IMG/VR virus record: IMGVR_UViG_3300019487_000006
Coordinates: 1 to 64,000 of that record
Strand: one strand, 5' to 3'
DNA length: 64,000 bases
From: a virus
The notes under the pieces: generated by a model
Databases searched by the model: none
Told to the model about the DNA's origin: nothing
The model's input: only the letters and a program-made list of their open reading frames with translations
Part shown: positions 1-8,549 of the stretch, piece after piece
Numbering within the stretch: position 1 is the first letter of the stretch
Layout of the letters: the number at the start of each line of letters is the position of its first letter
Made by a program: the position numbers and the translations under genes

Positions 1-77
1 GCGTTATGGATAGAGAATGAGTCGTCCTTGTGGATAATCAGGCGTAACTCCAAGTGAGCGGTAAGAGGGCGGTGAGT

Positions 78-794
78 ATGCTCCAATGCGCGTTGATTAG
101 GTTTTCTCTCATCTTAGCCGTGATGGTTCTAGTAATGAATTGCTCTCTGTCGGCGTATGCTGGACAAGTCTCACTTGTGGGTGGGCTTGGCGGGGCCTTC
201 TTCCAGAACACAGTGGATGATGGTACGTGGAGGCAGGATAAAGTGCAAACGCCGAATACGCGGCTGTTCGACCGTGCATGGAAGGTTGGCCTTGAATATC
301 GAATCAATCCACGATGGTCGGTACAGAGTCATTACTTTGATTGGGGCGAGAACGTTACCAAGTCCCTGTTTGCGAGTGACGACGACTATTATGGTGGGCG
401 CTGCCACAGCGGTCCAGGCCCGTCTTGTCCAGCGTCCTACAATCGCGTGGTAGACCGTATGAAAGGTGTTGATGTGACGGTAAGTCGGTACTGGAAGGTA
501 AATGAGGTGATGGAATTGTATCTGACCGGAGGAGGGGCGATGACATTTCACGAGTTGAAGTGGGCCGGAGGCGACGGCGTCTATGGTCCGACCAGATTTT
601 ATGGAAACATTCCGATGCTCGTGGTTGGTGGAGGGCTGTGCTACAATACGATGTTTTGCTGGGATACGAACTTTTACATGGGCACTCTGTCGATGAACAG
701 CGGGTGTATCGGTGGTGGGCAGACTGAGTGCGGGTATCCACTCGCCAAGCAAGTGGTCGAGACCGCTGCGTTGGTGAAAATACCGTTCAAGTAA
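78..794 (+). CDS. secreted / outer-membrane beta-barrel-like protein (putative)
   Basis: ORF track 54..794. ATG 78 follows AGAGGG. Signal-like N-terminus LILAVMVLVMNCSLSAYA|GQ. Gly/aromatic-rich alternating segments. No enzyme motif seen. Confidence 0.4.
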   Translation: MLQCALIRFSLILAVMVLVMNCSLSAYAGQVSLVGGLGGAFFQNTVDDGTWRQDKVQTPNTRLFDRAWKVGLEYRINPRWSVQSHYFDWGENVTKSLFASDDDYYGGRCHSGPGPSCPASYNRVVDRMKGVDVTVSRYWKVNEVMELYLTGGGAMTFHELKWAGGDGVYGPTRFYGNIPMLVVGGGLCYNTMFCWDTNFYMGTLSMNSGCIGGGQTECGYPLAKQVVETAALVKIPFK

Positions 795-804
795 AGGAGG
801 ATAA

Positions 805-1266
805 ATGGACAAGTACGCGGGTGCCAGTATAATCATCGTTGGTCTTTTACTGTTTCTGATGGCGGCTATACTTGCTCTCAAAGAAGGCTTCCTTTACTGG
901 GATGGAATACACAAAAAGTCTTCCCCTAGTACCGTTACAGCCCCACCAGGACTCCCGATTACGATGCTGACGACCGGCTATCACTGTCCACGGGGAGCAA
1001 AACAGAAACAGTGCGATGCCCTCTTTAATGATGGCTTGACCGCAACGATGACTCCGGTGAGGCGAGGGGTATGTGCTGCCGACTGGCGAGTGTTTCCCGT
1101 CGGGACCAAATTCTATCTCCCTAGATACGGCTACTGTACCGTGCAAGACAGTGGGTCACGAATCAAACTCCTTTCCATTGACTTCTACTACGAGTTAAAC
1201 GAGGACGCGATTAAACACGGCAAACGCTTGGAGACTGTTTACCTTATTCGATGGGGGGCGGAATGA
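805..1266 (+). CDS. membrane-anchored 3D-domain (MltA/RlpA-like) cell-wall hydrolase
   Basis: N-terminal TM segment IIIVGLLLFLMAAILAL. C-terminal GVCAADWRVFPVGTKFYLPRYGYCTVQDSGSRIKLLSIDFYY carries the three conserved Asp of the 3D domain. RBS AAGGAGG lies upstream. Confidence 0.55.
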   Translation: MDKYAGASIIIVGLLLFLMAAILALKEGFLYWDGIHKKSSPSTVTAPPGLPITMLTTGYHCPRGAKQKQCDALFNDGLTATMTPVRRGVCAADWRVFPVGTKFYLPRYGYCTVQDSGSRIKLLSIDFYYELNEDAIKHGKRLETVYLIRWGAE

Positions 1267-1296
1267 TGAAACAAACTCAAATGAAGGAAAGGCGAC

Positions 1297-1452
1297 ATGG
1301 GCACCCGTGACGCATTCAATAGTTGGTTGATGTACCACAAGTCATTGACATACAGCGAGTATTCAAAGCTTGAGAGCGGCACCAAACTTGCAATCCAGGC
1401 TGAGTACCAGGGGAGAAAAAAAGTCGCGAAAGTCGTTGACACGGGCGCGTAG
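1297..1452 (+). CDS. small hypothetical protein (51 aa, below ORF-track cutoff)
   Basis: ATG 1297 follows AAGGAAAGG. Translation is MGTRDAFNSWLMYHKSLTYSEYSKLESGTKLAIQAEYQGRKKVAKVVDTGA, read by hand. Confidence 0.3.
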   Translation: MGTRDAFNSWLMYHKSLTYSEYSKLESGTKLAIQAEYQGRKKVAKVVDTGA

Positions 1453-1613
1453 AAGCGTATACTGACACTGTTTTACTTGAATGGGGAGGGCTCCTACCGT
1501 GGCGAAACCCAAAGCGTCTAATTCTCGTGTGGTCTCACTTCGGGCTATTGACGCCCGTCTCGCCGTCATCGAAAATATGCTCGTGAAAATCTACTCCACT
1601 GTGGAGAGAATCA

Positions 1614-1832
1614 ATGAACGAGAACGGGTCATCATCGACGAACCCTTTTGAGTCGTGCCGTCGGTGTCACACCGGTTGGCTGGAATTAGAGGATGTGCGT
1701 GACGAACAGGGTGACATGCGCGGGTGGCAATACCGGTGTGTGCAGTGTGGTGGACGGCAGGACTTCTCCGCACGAAAAGTGATGAGTAAGACGAAACGAA
1801 TAGGAGGGTTTCTTCGTGGCATTCACGGGTGA
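1614..1832 (+). CDS. zinc-ribbon protein
   Basis: CRRCHTGW...YRCVQCGG gives two CxxC pairs. It resembles the ORF at 24881..25192 (CYRCQG...WRCVNCG). Confidence 0.45.
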   Translation: MNENGSSSTNPFESCRRCHTGWLELEDVRDEQGDMRGWQYRCVQCGGRQDFSARKVMSKTKRIGGFLRGIHG

Positions 1833-2073
1833 CGTTGACGTTGACGAATTCACGGCAGCGGTGTGTCTGGCTCAACATGGAACGCATCACGGCGTCCCGT
1901 ACTCGTATGGTATTGGTTACTATCAATTAGTCTGTTTTCATTGTTACACCGTGAGTCCTAAATTCTTTCGTAAGATTGATCCATCAGACGGGTGGGAACG
2001 GCTTTCTCTTAAACTTGTCTCTTCAGAACAATTTTGGGAATGTGTTAGTAAAGCCAAGGACGAGCGCCGATGA
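1816..2073 (+). CDS. small C-H-C-C zinc-binding protein, family member 1
   Basis: GTG 1816 lies 7 nt after AGGAGGG. Motif DEFTAAVCLAQHGTHH...CFHC is shared with the ORFs at 11860, 12104 and 12279. Confidence 0.5.
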   Translation: MAFTGDVDVDEFTAAVCLAQHGTHHGVPYSYGIGYYQLVCFHCYTVSPKFFRKIDPSDGWERLSLKLVSSEQFWECVSKAKDERR

Positions 2074-3122
2074 TGCCCTTTTACGTCGATAATACTCAAC
2101 TCTCCGCCGTCCAGACCTGTGAAATGAAGGCAGGGTTACGCTACGTCCTTGGTCTCACTACAGGAGAGGAGCGGCTTGAGCTAGACGCCGGGACCGCTTG
2201 CCACGTTGCTCTAGCCGCGTGGCACCAAGGGCGCAGTAAATATGACGCCCTGGCGGAATTTGAGAAAATGTACCGCCCCCTTACCACTCATGTCAGTGCA
2301 GAGGAACGCCTGTCCTATCAAAATGTCCATCGCTGCCTCGACCGGTTCTTTTCGTTTTATGAACAGAACCCCATGCCGTATACCCCTCAGAAGGGATTAG
2401 TGGAGGTCGTGTTCGAGGCTCCCTTGGACGCCAATGGAGACTTTCAAATGGTCGGGCGGATTGACCTGATCGCTGCCTACAAGCAACGACTTGTGGTGTT
2501 TGAGAATAAGACCACCGGTGGGTTGAACGATTTCTGGAAGCGTCGATGGCCTATGACCAGTCAGTTGACGACGTATGTATTTGGGGCGCAGGAAGGATAC
2601 GTGAACGGTAAGCGATTGGGGCTTCCGATTGAAGAGGCCCTGGTCTTGGGTATCGAACTACGCAAAATTCCTGAAAGCACGCGCAAGTGTCCAGAACATA
2701 AACTCCCCTACAGTGAATGTGGAATGATGCACATTAAGTGGGAGTACAGCGGCCCCCATCCACGTCCTACCGGGTTCATTGAACGGTGGCGTCGGGATGC
2801 GCTGGAAGCCGCGATGAAGTTCAAATCCATTACTGAACAAGTTCATACGGTACAAGACGCAGCGGACAAGCTTCAGCAAAATGGCCAGTTTAATGACTCC
2901 TGTCGGTACTGTGAATTCAACGATTCTTGCCGACAGGGGGTGCCAGCAGATTTAATGACCGCGAATCTATTGAAGTCGCCATGGAATCCGCATGACGTGA
3001 AGCATACTGAACTGATCCAGTTGTCGAAAACGCACGCGACCCCCTCGACACATCAGGCGTCCCTCGTCGATGTGACGACTGGAAGTGCGCCGGTGCCGTC
3101 GAATGCGAAACGAGGTGAGTGA
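2070..3122 (+). CDS. PD-(D/E)XK (Cas4/RecB-like) exonuclease
   Basis: GRIDLIA...VVFENKTT...QLTTYVF core. Cys near the N-terminus (QTCEMK) plus C-terminal CRYCEFNDSC, typical of Cas4-like Fe-S nucleases. Confidence 0.7.
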   Translation: MMPFYVDNTQLSAVQTCEMKAGLRYVLGLTTGEERLELDAGTACHVALAAWHQGRSKYDALAEFEKMYRPLTTHVSAEERLSYQNVHRCLDRFFSFYEQNPMPYTPQKGLVEVVFEAPLDANGDFQMVGRIDLIAAYKQRLVVFENKTTGGLNDFWKRRWPMTSQLTTYVFGAQEGYVNGKRLGLPIEEALVLGIELRKIPESTRKCPEHKLPYSECGMMHIKWEYSGPHPRPTGFIERWRRDALEAAMKFKSITEQVHTVQDAADKLQQNGQFNDSCRYCEFNDSCRQGVPADLMTANLLKSPWNPHDVKHTELIQLSKTHATPSTHQASLVDVTTGSAPVPSNAKRGE

Positions 3123-3343
3123 TGCGTTGGGTGAGAAGAAAGATCGATATTTATCAATGGCATCGACGGTTTGCGTGGGGAATTACTGAACGGAAGCTTG
3201 ACAATTTTACGACCGAGAAATTCTGGCTCGTGTGGTTATGGTTTCGGCGTGAACAAGACCCAAAGTATGGTGGGTTAAAATGGAGCGTTAAAACTCAGGC
3301 CGAAATGGTTGCCGAATCGTTATGCCCCGAAAAGGTGAAGTGA
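3119..3343 (+). CDS. hypothetical Trp-rich protein (tandem paralog A)
   Basis: WHRRFAW...FWLVWLW...KWSVKTQAEMVAESL parallels the next ORF. Confidence 0.45.
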   Translation: MMRWVRRKIDIYQWHRRFAWGITERKLDNFTTEKFWLVWLWFRREQDPKYGGLKWSVKTQAEMVAESLCPEKVK

Positions 3344-3603
3344 TGCACTGGTATTGGAGGAAACGTGTTCAAGACCCTAAAAAATGGCATAAGACGTTTG
3401 CGTTACTTCCAAAAATGCAACGTAATAGAATAAACGGTATAAGTATACGGGAGTGTGAATTTTTTTGGTTGATGAATGTCTACCGAGCGCTGTGTACTAG
3501 AGAGACGTGTACACTAGACTCCGCTATGGAGTGTCCCAATAAATGGCACTATAAAACTCAATCCCAAATGACGGCTGACGCCTTGGAAGGACTAGATAAA
3601 TAA
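3343..3603 (+). CDS. hypothetical Trp-rich protein (tandem paralog B)
   Basis: ATG 3343 overlaps the upstream stop (GTGATG). WHKTFAL...FFWLMNV...KWHYKTQSQMTADAL parallels 3119..3343. Confidence 0.45.
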   Translation: MHWYWRKRVQDPKKWHKTFALLPKMQRNRINGISIRECEFFWLMNVYRALCTRETCTLDSAMECPNKWHYKTQSQMTADALEGLDK

Positions 3604-3604
3604 A

Positions 3605-4417
3605 ATGGCTGAACCAAAACGGCATCCTGATATTCACCTTCTATTGTACGGGGAATCTGGCAGTGGGAAATCCACATTTTGGTCCACGATGATTCGTTAT
3701 TATTCGACTAACTTTAATGAACCCTCGTTGATTCTCTCATTTGATCCATGGGATAAGGCCACCCCATACCTGGAACTCGGCACCGTCCAGAAATGCGAGG
3801 AGCAGTACTACAAGACCATCGGGTTGGAGGTGGACGATGTCGTGGACGCAAAGGGCAACCTGATAGTACGGGTGGAATATTACGCGGACCCTGACCCAGA
3901 CAACCCGACGGCGATCTCCTTATTTGAGAAACGCATGGTCGGGTTTGAAAAGGAGTGCCGAAATTGGGCCAGTGTTGGGATGGACTCGATGACCTATTTC
4001 CAGCGAGCCAGCTTATTGAAGTGGAAAAAGCTGAATCCATTGGAGTCGGTCAAGCAGCAGACCAATATCTCCTGGTATGGTGGCGTCGCAGAGGACGCTG
4101 GAGCGGCGGTCATGTCCCGCGCCGCGTGGTGGCGAACCAACGTCGGCGTGATCTGCCACATCGATGAGGCGAAAGACGACCTCGCGGACTTTGGGGTTGT
4201 TCGTAGTGTGGCGCTGGCTGGCAAGTTGTCCAAGCGTGCCCCTGCCGGATTCGGGGAAGTGTATCGAATGCGGGTGGTCGTCAGCGGGAAAGGTGAGCAA
4301 TATAAACGAGAGTTACAGACTCAAGCGGACACGCAGTGGGTGGCCAACTCGTTAGTCGCCAAGGCACCGAACCCTTGTGCTCCATCATATGAGGCGTTGT
4401 GGGGTTCGGCAAAATAG
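3605..4417 (+). CDS. AAA_24 / Sak4-like RecA-fold ATPase
   Basis: Walker A LLLYGESGSGKST. Walker B-like VGMDSMTYF. It sits between a nuclease and a DUF669-like gene, as in phage recombination modules. Confidence 0.7.
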   Translation: MAEPKRHPDIHLLLYGESGSGKSTFWSTMIRYYSTNFNEPSLILSFDPWDKATPYLELGTVQKCEEQYYKTIGLEVDDVVDAKGNLIVRVEYYADPDPDNPTAISLFEKRMVGFEKECRNWASVGMDSMTYFQRASLLKWKKLNPLESVKQQTNISWYGGVAEDAGAAVMSRAAWWRTNVGVICHIDEAKDDLADFGVVRSVALAGKLSKRAPAGFGEVYRMRVVVSGKGEQYKRELQTQADTQWVANSLVAKAPNPCAPSYEALWGSAK

Positions 4418-4624
4418 ATGTTACTCCACTGTAGTCAATGTCCTCATGAATTCGAGTCCTTTGACCGGACCATGCCCTGCGATTGGTGCGGGGCGTCAAG
4501 TTATATTATCAACGAAACCACCCCGTTTGAGAAGTGGTTGGGAACGAGGATGGAACGAGGAGGTGTCCAGGACGTTGTAGATGAATTATTGGCCCGTAAC
4601 GAGGAGCGTGAGAGTTATCCTTAA
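4418..4624 (+). CDS. zinc-ribbon protein
   Basis: CSQCPH...CDWCG. Start abuts the upstream stop. Confidence 0.45.
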   Translation: MLLHCSQCPHEFESFDRTMPCDWCGASSYIINETTPFEKWLGTRMERGGVQDVVDELLARNEERESYP

Positions 4625-4648
4625 CCATTCACCCTATAAGGAGTTGCC

Positions 4649-5284
4649 ATGTCATTACAGTTACCAGAACAAATCAAGGAGCCGTTTTCGCCGTTGCCCA
4701 TCGGAGTCTTGAAAATGCGTATCGAGGACGCCATTCGAGATATGATTGGTAACGAAAACCCCAAGTTTGGGGTGCGTGTTGCGTTGGAAGTGGAGGAGCC
4801 GTTGGATGCGGAGGGGTTGAGTGAGGAAACCGTGTTCATCTTCGGTACCGACGAGGACCCTGGAACGTTGGAGGGTGGAGTGAAGCCTGAAACTTATACC
4901 GCCAAGGCTGGCCGGTTTGCCATGTTCTGCGACGCCGCAGGGGTTGAGGCGCGTGGCAAGAACTTGGACGTCGTGTTGTCTGATCTCAAGGATCACCGGA
5001 TCAAGAGCCGCACGACCGCGACCAAGGAACCCGCCGTCGTCCAGTGGGGTAAGAACAAGGGGCAGGCAAACCCCTACGCGGGACGGTATCGAGTACGGAC
5101 CGCTCAATGGTACAGTGCGAACGAGGGACCGGCGTACGGTATTCAAACCACGGTCCGTGAGCTTGAGGCGAAGGATAACAATGGTGGAGGCACCGCCGCA
5201 TCGTCTCCATCACTTACCACCGCACAGGCTCCACCGCCCCCGGCGGCACCGAGCCCCAGGGCGGCGTTTCCTCGAACGAGGTAA
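4649..5284 (+). CDS. DUF669-like (ssDNA-binding-like) protein with Pro/Ala-rich tail
   Basis: RBS AAGGAG. N-terminal FSPLPIGVLKMRIEDA...FGVRVALEV resembles DUF669, which usually follows Sak4 genes. C-terminus is low complexity (APPPPAAPSPRA). Confidence 0.45.
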   Translation: MSLQLPEQIKEPFSPLPIGVLKMRIEDAIRDMIGNENPKFGVRVALEVEEPLDAEGLSEETVFIFGTDEDPGTLEGGVKPETYTAKAGRFAMFCDAAGVEARGKNLDVVLSDLKDHRIKSRTTATKEPAVVQWGKNKGQANPYAGRYRVRTAQWYSANEGPAYGIQTTVRELEAKDNNGGGTAASSPSLTTAQAPPPPAAPSPRAAFPRTR

Positions 5285-5287
5285 TCC

Positions 5288-5377
5288 ATGGGAACCGTGG
5301 CGGTTATCGTACTAGGAGCCATTGCGTTGTTTCTCGTCTACGTGATGGTGAGTGGAATCAAGAAGGGCGGTAAGTAG
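5288..5377 (+). CDS. 29-aa single-TM micropeptide (putative)
   Basis: Hand translation MGTVAVIVLGAIALFLVYVMVSGIKKGGK. It starts 4 nt after the upstream stop. Confidence 0.3.
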   Translation: MGTVAVIVLGAIALFLVYVMVSGIKKGGK

Positions 5378-5379
5378 GT

Positions 5380-6170
5380 GGCGGAAGTCTCCCGTTCTAC
5401 GGGGAGAACGCACATCGAACGGTCAGTGATGATCGGACCTAGACAGTCGCAGTAACGGCCTGGAGTCTCCCAAGTGCTGACCGAGATTGGGATGACAAGC
5501 GGGGTGGAGGTGGTAGCTAATGACACCAGTAGACGCCTTCATGAGGGACACGCCCTCCTGTGCGATGAAGTTGAGGGACGCCTCAATGGAGCACGGTGCC
5601 GGAAAAACTGCATGTCTGGTATTCCGTGCGGGGGTTGGCATCCCCGCCCTACTTACCTTTTTCTGGATGGGGGCAAGCGAAATGGGTCGGGGGCTGCCTC
5701 TCCCTCGTTAGAGTGGAAGCGCGTCGTCGTGTCGCCCATACTGTTCGACGACCCCCCATCCTCTGTTTGGTCGTTGGTGCGACATGTCCGTTTTAAGTGT
5801 GACACCCAACGTGTGATGGGAACGGAAATGAAACAAGCGACCCCACTAAATCGCACCACCCCGCGCCGTGACGGTTTCACGGCATGACCGAGCGTCTCCT
5901 CGGTAGGGCGCGGAAAGGCTAGGGTCGCTCCTGATGCTGAGTACACAAACTACCTAGGTGTCCCGTTGATTATCCGGGGCACCGACGGGGCGTGTGAGAG
6001 TGTTAATTAGTGAAAGGTGGGTCGAGCGTGTTATCGGTCCTTCAGCCCACTTCTCACTATATTGTATATCGTATAGTGACGAGCGACCGAACAACAAGAA
6101 GGAAGCTCGGTACTCCTTTAGCTTGAGTCAGCCCGATAATCTCAAGGTAAAGGGGTATTTATATTCGATA
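5380..6170 (+). ncRNA. candidate large structured non-coding RNA (class unknown)
   Basis: No RBS-led ORF. All three + frames are open together around 5596..5711 and - strand ORFs overlap the region too. Dense GC hairpins: GAGGG-acacg-CCCTC (5543..5557), TTGAGG-GACG-CCTCAA (5571..5586), GCGGGG-N8-CCCCGC (5628..5647), CCGTGA-cggtt-TCACGG (5866..5882). Strand is assumed from the flanking genes. Confidence 0.3.
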
Positions 6171-6180
6171 GGAGGGAGCG

Positions 6181-6579
6181 ATGGAAGTATTCAAGCTGAC
6201 ATGCCTGGACAGTGAAGTAGTTGAACAATGGCCCAAGGTGCCTGAGACGGCTACGCCTATTGCAAATCCAAACTTTTTTGGTGACCCCTGCGAACCGGAA
6301 ACTTTGGACCCTCGACAAATGCACCGGTTGAAGCAGCCCCACTTTCACCTTACGTTTAGTGGAGAGGCCGTAATCCAAGTTGGGAAGCAGCATGAGGTCA
6401 TGATGTTTGGGAAGTACAAAGGCCAAAAGGTCGCTGACGTCCCTGACCACTATCTCCACTGGATGATTCGTAAGAGTCTCAGTGACGCGGTGGACTTATA
6501 CATCGAGCTACGGAGGCGTAAAGTGTCCAAAGCGTTTGAAACAGGTGAGAATACGTTGGTAGATACCTTGACATTCTAA
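6181..6579 (+). CDS. DUF3820-like motif protein
   Basis: RBS GGAGGGAG. FGKYKGQKVADVPDHYLHWMI matches the F-G-K-x-K-G...VP..YL.W motif. Confidence 0.5.
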   Translation: MEVFKLTCLDSEVVEQWPKVPETATPIANPNFFGDPCEPETLDPRQMHRLKQPHFHLTFSGEAVIQVGKQHEVMMFGKYKGQKVADVPDHYLHWMIRKSLSDAVDLYIELRRRKVSKAFETGENTLVDTLTF

Positions 6580-6878
6580 TGGCACTTTACCGTTGTAAGA
6601 CTGAGGCCATCACCGACTTCGTCTCTATCGAGGCCGTAACCAAGGCCGAGGCGATTAAAACATTTCGTGACCTCCTGAATTCTCAGGAAGGCTTGAAGGA
6701 GTTTACCACCCATGTTACAGTGGAACGACTTACAGTGGTACGACAAACAGTGGTTCGTGGAAAAGTTAGGAAAATTAAATGTCCAGTGTGCGAGATTGTC
6801 AAAGACCGCAAAGAATTCATGGAACACGTTCGCACAACGCATGTCATGGTTGAACGCGGGAGGGATGACGATGAGTAA
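6579..6878 (+). CDS. hypothetical protein with C2H2-like finger
   Basis: CPVCEIVKDRKEFMEHVRTTH has C-x2-C-x11-H-x4-H spacing. Confidence 0.45.
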   Translation: MALYRCKTEAITDFVSIEAVTKAEAIKTFRDLLNSQEGLKEFTTHVTVERLTVVRQTVVRGKVRKIKCPVCEIVKDRKEFMEHVRTTHVMVERGRDDDE

Positions 6879-7275
6879 TATCAGTGGGGTTACATCTTTA
6901 ATGCCAGTGCTTCAGCCGGGAGCAACGGTTACTGTTACTAGTTCTTCATCTTCTAGTTCACTCTCAGGAGGGTTGTTGTACAATCAAATCTATCCATACA
7001 GCAATCCAAAAACCTACCAACAAGGTTTATCAGCACAGCCATTTTTTAATCCAATTCCCGGTCAAGACCTTGTGGCGTTATTCGAGCAAGCCGAAGCTGA
7101 TGGTGTCGCAGTCCATGAGAATAAGTTCTTGTTCGGGGTTCATTCGACTAGGCCCATGCGTGACGTTCCAATTGAATACCTGCTCCAAATCCATAAAGTC
7201 GTCAAAGGTATCCGACGCGCTATCATGGTGGAAGTTCGGCGACGGGCGGTAGTGCAAAGGTTTCAAGAAAAGTAA
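6871..7275 (+). CDS. Ser-rich protein with DUF3820-like C-terminus
   Basis: ATG 6871 lies 6 nt after GGAGGG (ORF track 6712..7275). C-terminus is FGVHSTRPMRDVPIEYLLQIHK...EVRRRAVVQRF. Confidence 0.45.
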   Translation: MSNISGVTSLMPVLQPGATVTVTSSSSSSSLSGGLLYNQIYPYSNPKTYQQGLSAQPFFNPIPGQDLVALFEQAEADGVAVHENKFLFGVHSTRPMRDVPIEYLLQIHKVVKGIRRAIMVEVRRRAVVQRFQEK

Positions 7276-7290
7276 GTAGATCAACGTCCA

Positions 7291-7620
7291 ATGAGTACCC
7301 CAGAGGAAAGGTTACTTCGGGCCTTGAAACCGCATGAAGTGGCAGAGTTAGTAGAAGACGCCGAAGACCGCTTTCATCGGTCTCGGCCAAAGTTGCTGGT
7401 TCCTGGATTGTGTGGGCGGTGTGAACGGGCATGGATTATTCGACGTGATCGTATTCGCGAACCGGAGGTCTGGTGTACGTATCGAGACCCCAGCGTGCGT
7501 GTGCCACCAGACATTATCGAGTGTAGTAAGTTCAAACAAGCCGGGGCCGTGTCACCCCTTGAATTGGCACAGATGGCGAAGTTGATCGAGAAACCGACCG
7601 ATACCGGTCACTACTTTTAA
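7291..7620 (+). CDS. hypothetical protein
   Basis: 109-aa ORF in a co-directional gene array. Contains CGRCERAW. Confidence 0.4.
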   Translation: MSTPEERLLRALKPHEVAELVEDAEDRFHRSRPKLLVPGLCGRCERAWIIRRDRIREPEVWCTYRDPSVRVPPDIIECSKFKQAGAVSPLELAQMAKLIEKPTDTGHYF

Positions 7621-7632
7621 GGAGGGAGTGTT

Positions 7633-8133
7633 ATGAGTACCGCACATTTACCCGCCGAGCGTCGCAGTGAAATTGCCCGTATGGGGGCTTTGGCGAGAAA
7701 CGCCAATCGTACTCGCAAGTCTTTCGAGGAAGCTAATCGTCGCGAAGTCGTCGCAGCGCGGCAGCGCGGCGGAGCCACCAACGGTAAAATCGAGGTGGAC
7801 CCAAAGTTTTTCACTGACCTCCATCACCTAATCGAGTCGTGGGGGCCACAGTTGGGACACCGCAATCGTCCGGCTAAGACTGCATTGGCTGGGCCGGTGG
7901 ACTTCACGGCGGATATCGAGGATATCTCGTTGTTGAAGGTGGGAGAGGCGTTGGTGGTGACCCTGCGGCGCTTGCGGGGGTTGGGGTATCACAGCGTCAG
8001 TTCAGGGGCCGTCCACGCATATCAAACCGCGCAACGAGCAGGGTTCAAAGTGTATGTTATGCGGCTGTCACGAGGGTCTATGCTCATCTACCGTCCACGG
8101 GCCAATGAAGTTCTACGGTCCCACACGTTATAA
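7633..8133 (+). CDS. hypothetical protein
   Basis: RBS AAGGAGGGAG precedes the 166-aa ORF. Confidence 0.45.
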   Translation: MSTAHLPAERRSEIARMGALARNANRTRKSFEEANRREVVAARQRGGATNGKIEVDPKFFTDLHHLIESWGPQLGHRNRPAKTALAGPVDFTADIEDISLLKVGEALVVTLRRLRGLGYHSVSSGAVHAYQTAQRAGFKVYVMRLSRGSMLIYRPRANEVLRSHTL

Positions 8134-8151
8134 GATGAGGAGACTGTCAAC

Positions 8152-8547
8152 ATGGCGAATGACCAATTTCCTTGGAGTGAATTAAATAGAGAGGAGTTGT
8201 TTCGTGTGTCTAAGGAAAAAATGATGTATCAAGAATCTTATACAAAGTTACAAGACTTGATGAAAAGAATCCATCCCCCAGACGCGCAAACGGCGCTAGG
8301 ACTGGTTGGAAAGGTAGAGTATCCCCTTGACGAGCATACCTATTTAACCAAGGACAACCGGCTCGCCTTTGGTCTGTTTTGTGGAAAGTTCCTCGATGAA
8401 GTTCCACTAGAGTATTTACTTCAGTTGGTGTCGCATGGCCAGTTTATCCATGACATTGGTGAGAAGGAACTACGGCGGCGTGCAGTAGTGGAGGAGTTCG
8501 ACAAAACCAGTAAGGACGTGGCAGGCGTAGCAGATAAAGCTGGATAG
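8152..8547 (+). CDS. DUF3820-like motif protein
   Basis: RBS GAGGAG. FGLFCGKFLDEVPLEYLLQLV...ELRRRAVVEEF parallels 6871..7275. Confidence 0.5.
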   Translation: MANDQFPWSELNREELFRVSKEKMMYQESYTKLQDLMKRIHPPDAQTALGLVGKVEYPLDEHTYLTKDNRLAFGLFCGKFLDEVPLEYLLQLVSHGQFIHDIGEKELRRRAVVEEFDKTSKDVAGVADKAG

Positions 8548-8549
8548 CC

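Noticed and set aside
1498-1647. 49-aa GTG-initiated ORF after GGGGAGGG, overlapping the start of 1614..1832
   Set aside because: It is plausible (helical VVSLRAIDARLAVIENMLVKIY), but it conflicts with the zinc-ribbon ORF start and cannot be resolved from the sequence alone. It is not listed as a feature.
5741-5753. GTTCGA-containing stretch as a tRNA/tmRNA T-arm
   Set aside because: No flanking 5-bp T-stem, acceptor stem or CCA context could be built. No cloverleaf was found anywhere in the window by eye, though a tRNAscan run would be needed to be certain.
5474-5887. 137-aa ORF (and the overlapping ORFs at 5520, 5596, 5423 and 5653) as protein-coding genes
   Set aside because: There is no RBS. 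Several frames on both strands are open at once, and the translations are Arg/Gly/Pro-rich and not protein-like. This is treated as non-coding structured sequence instead.
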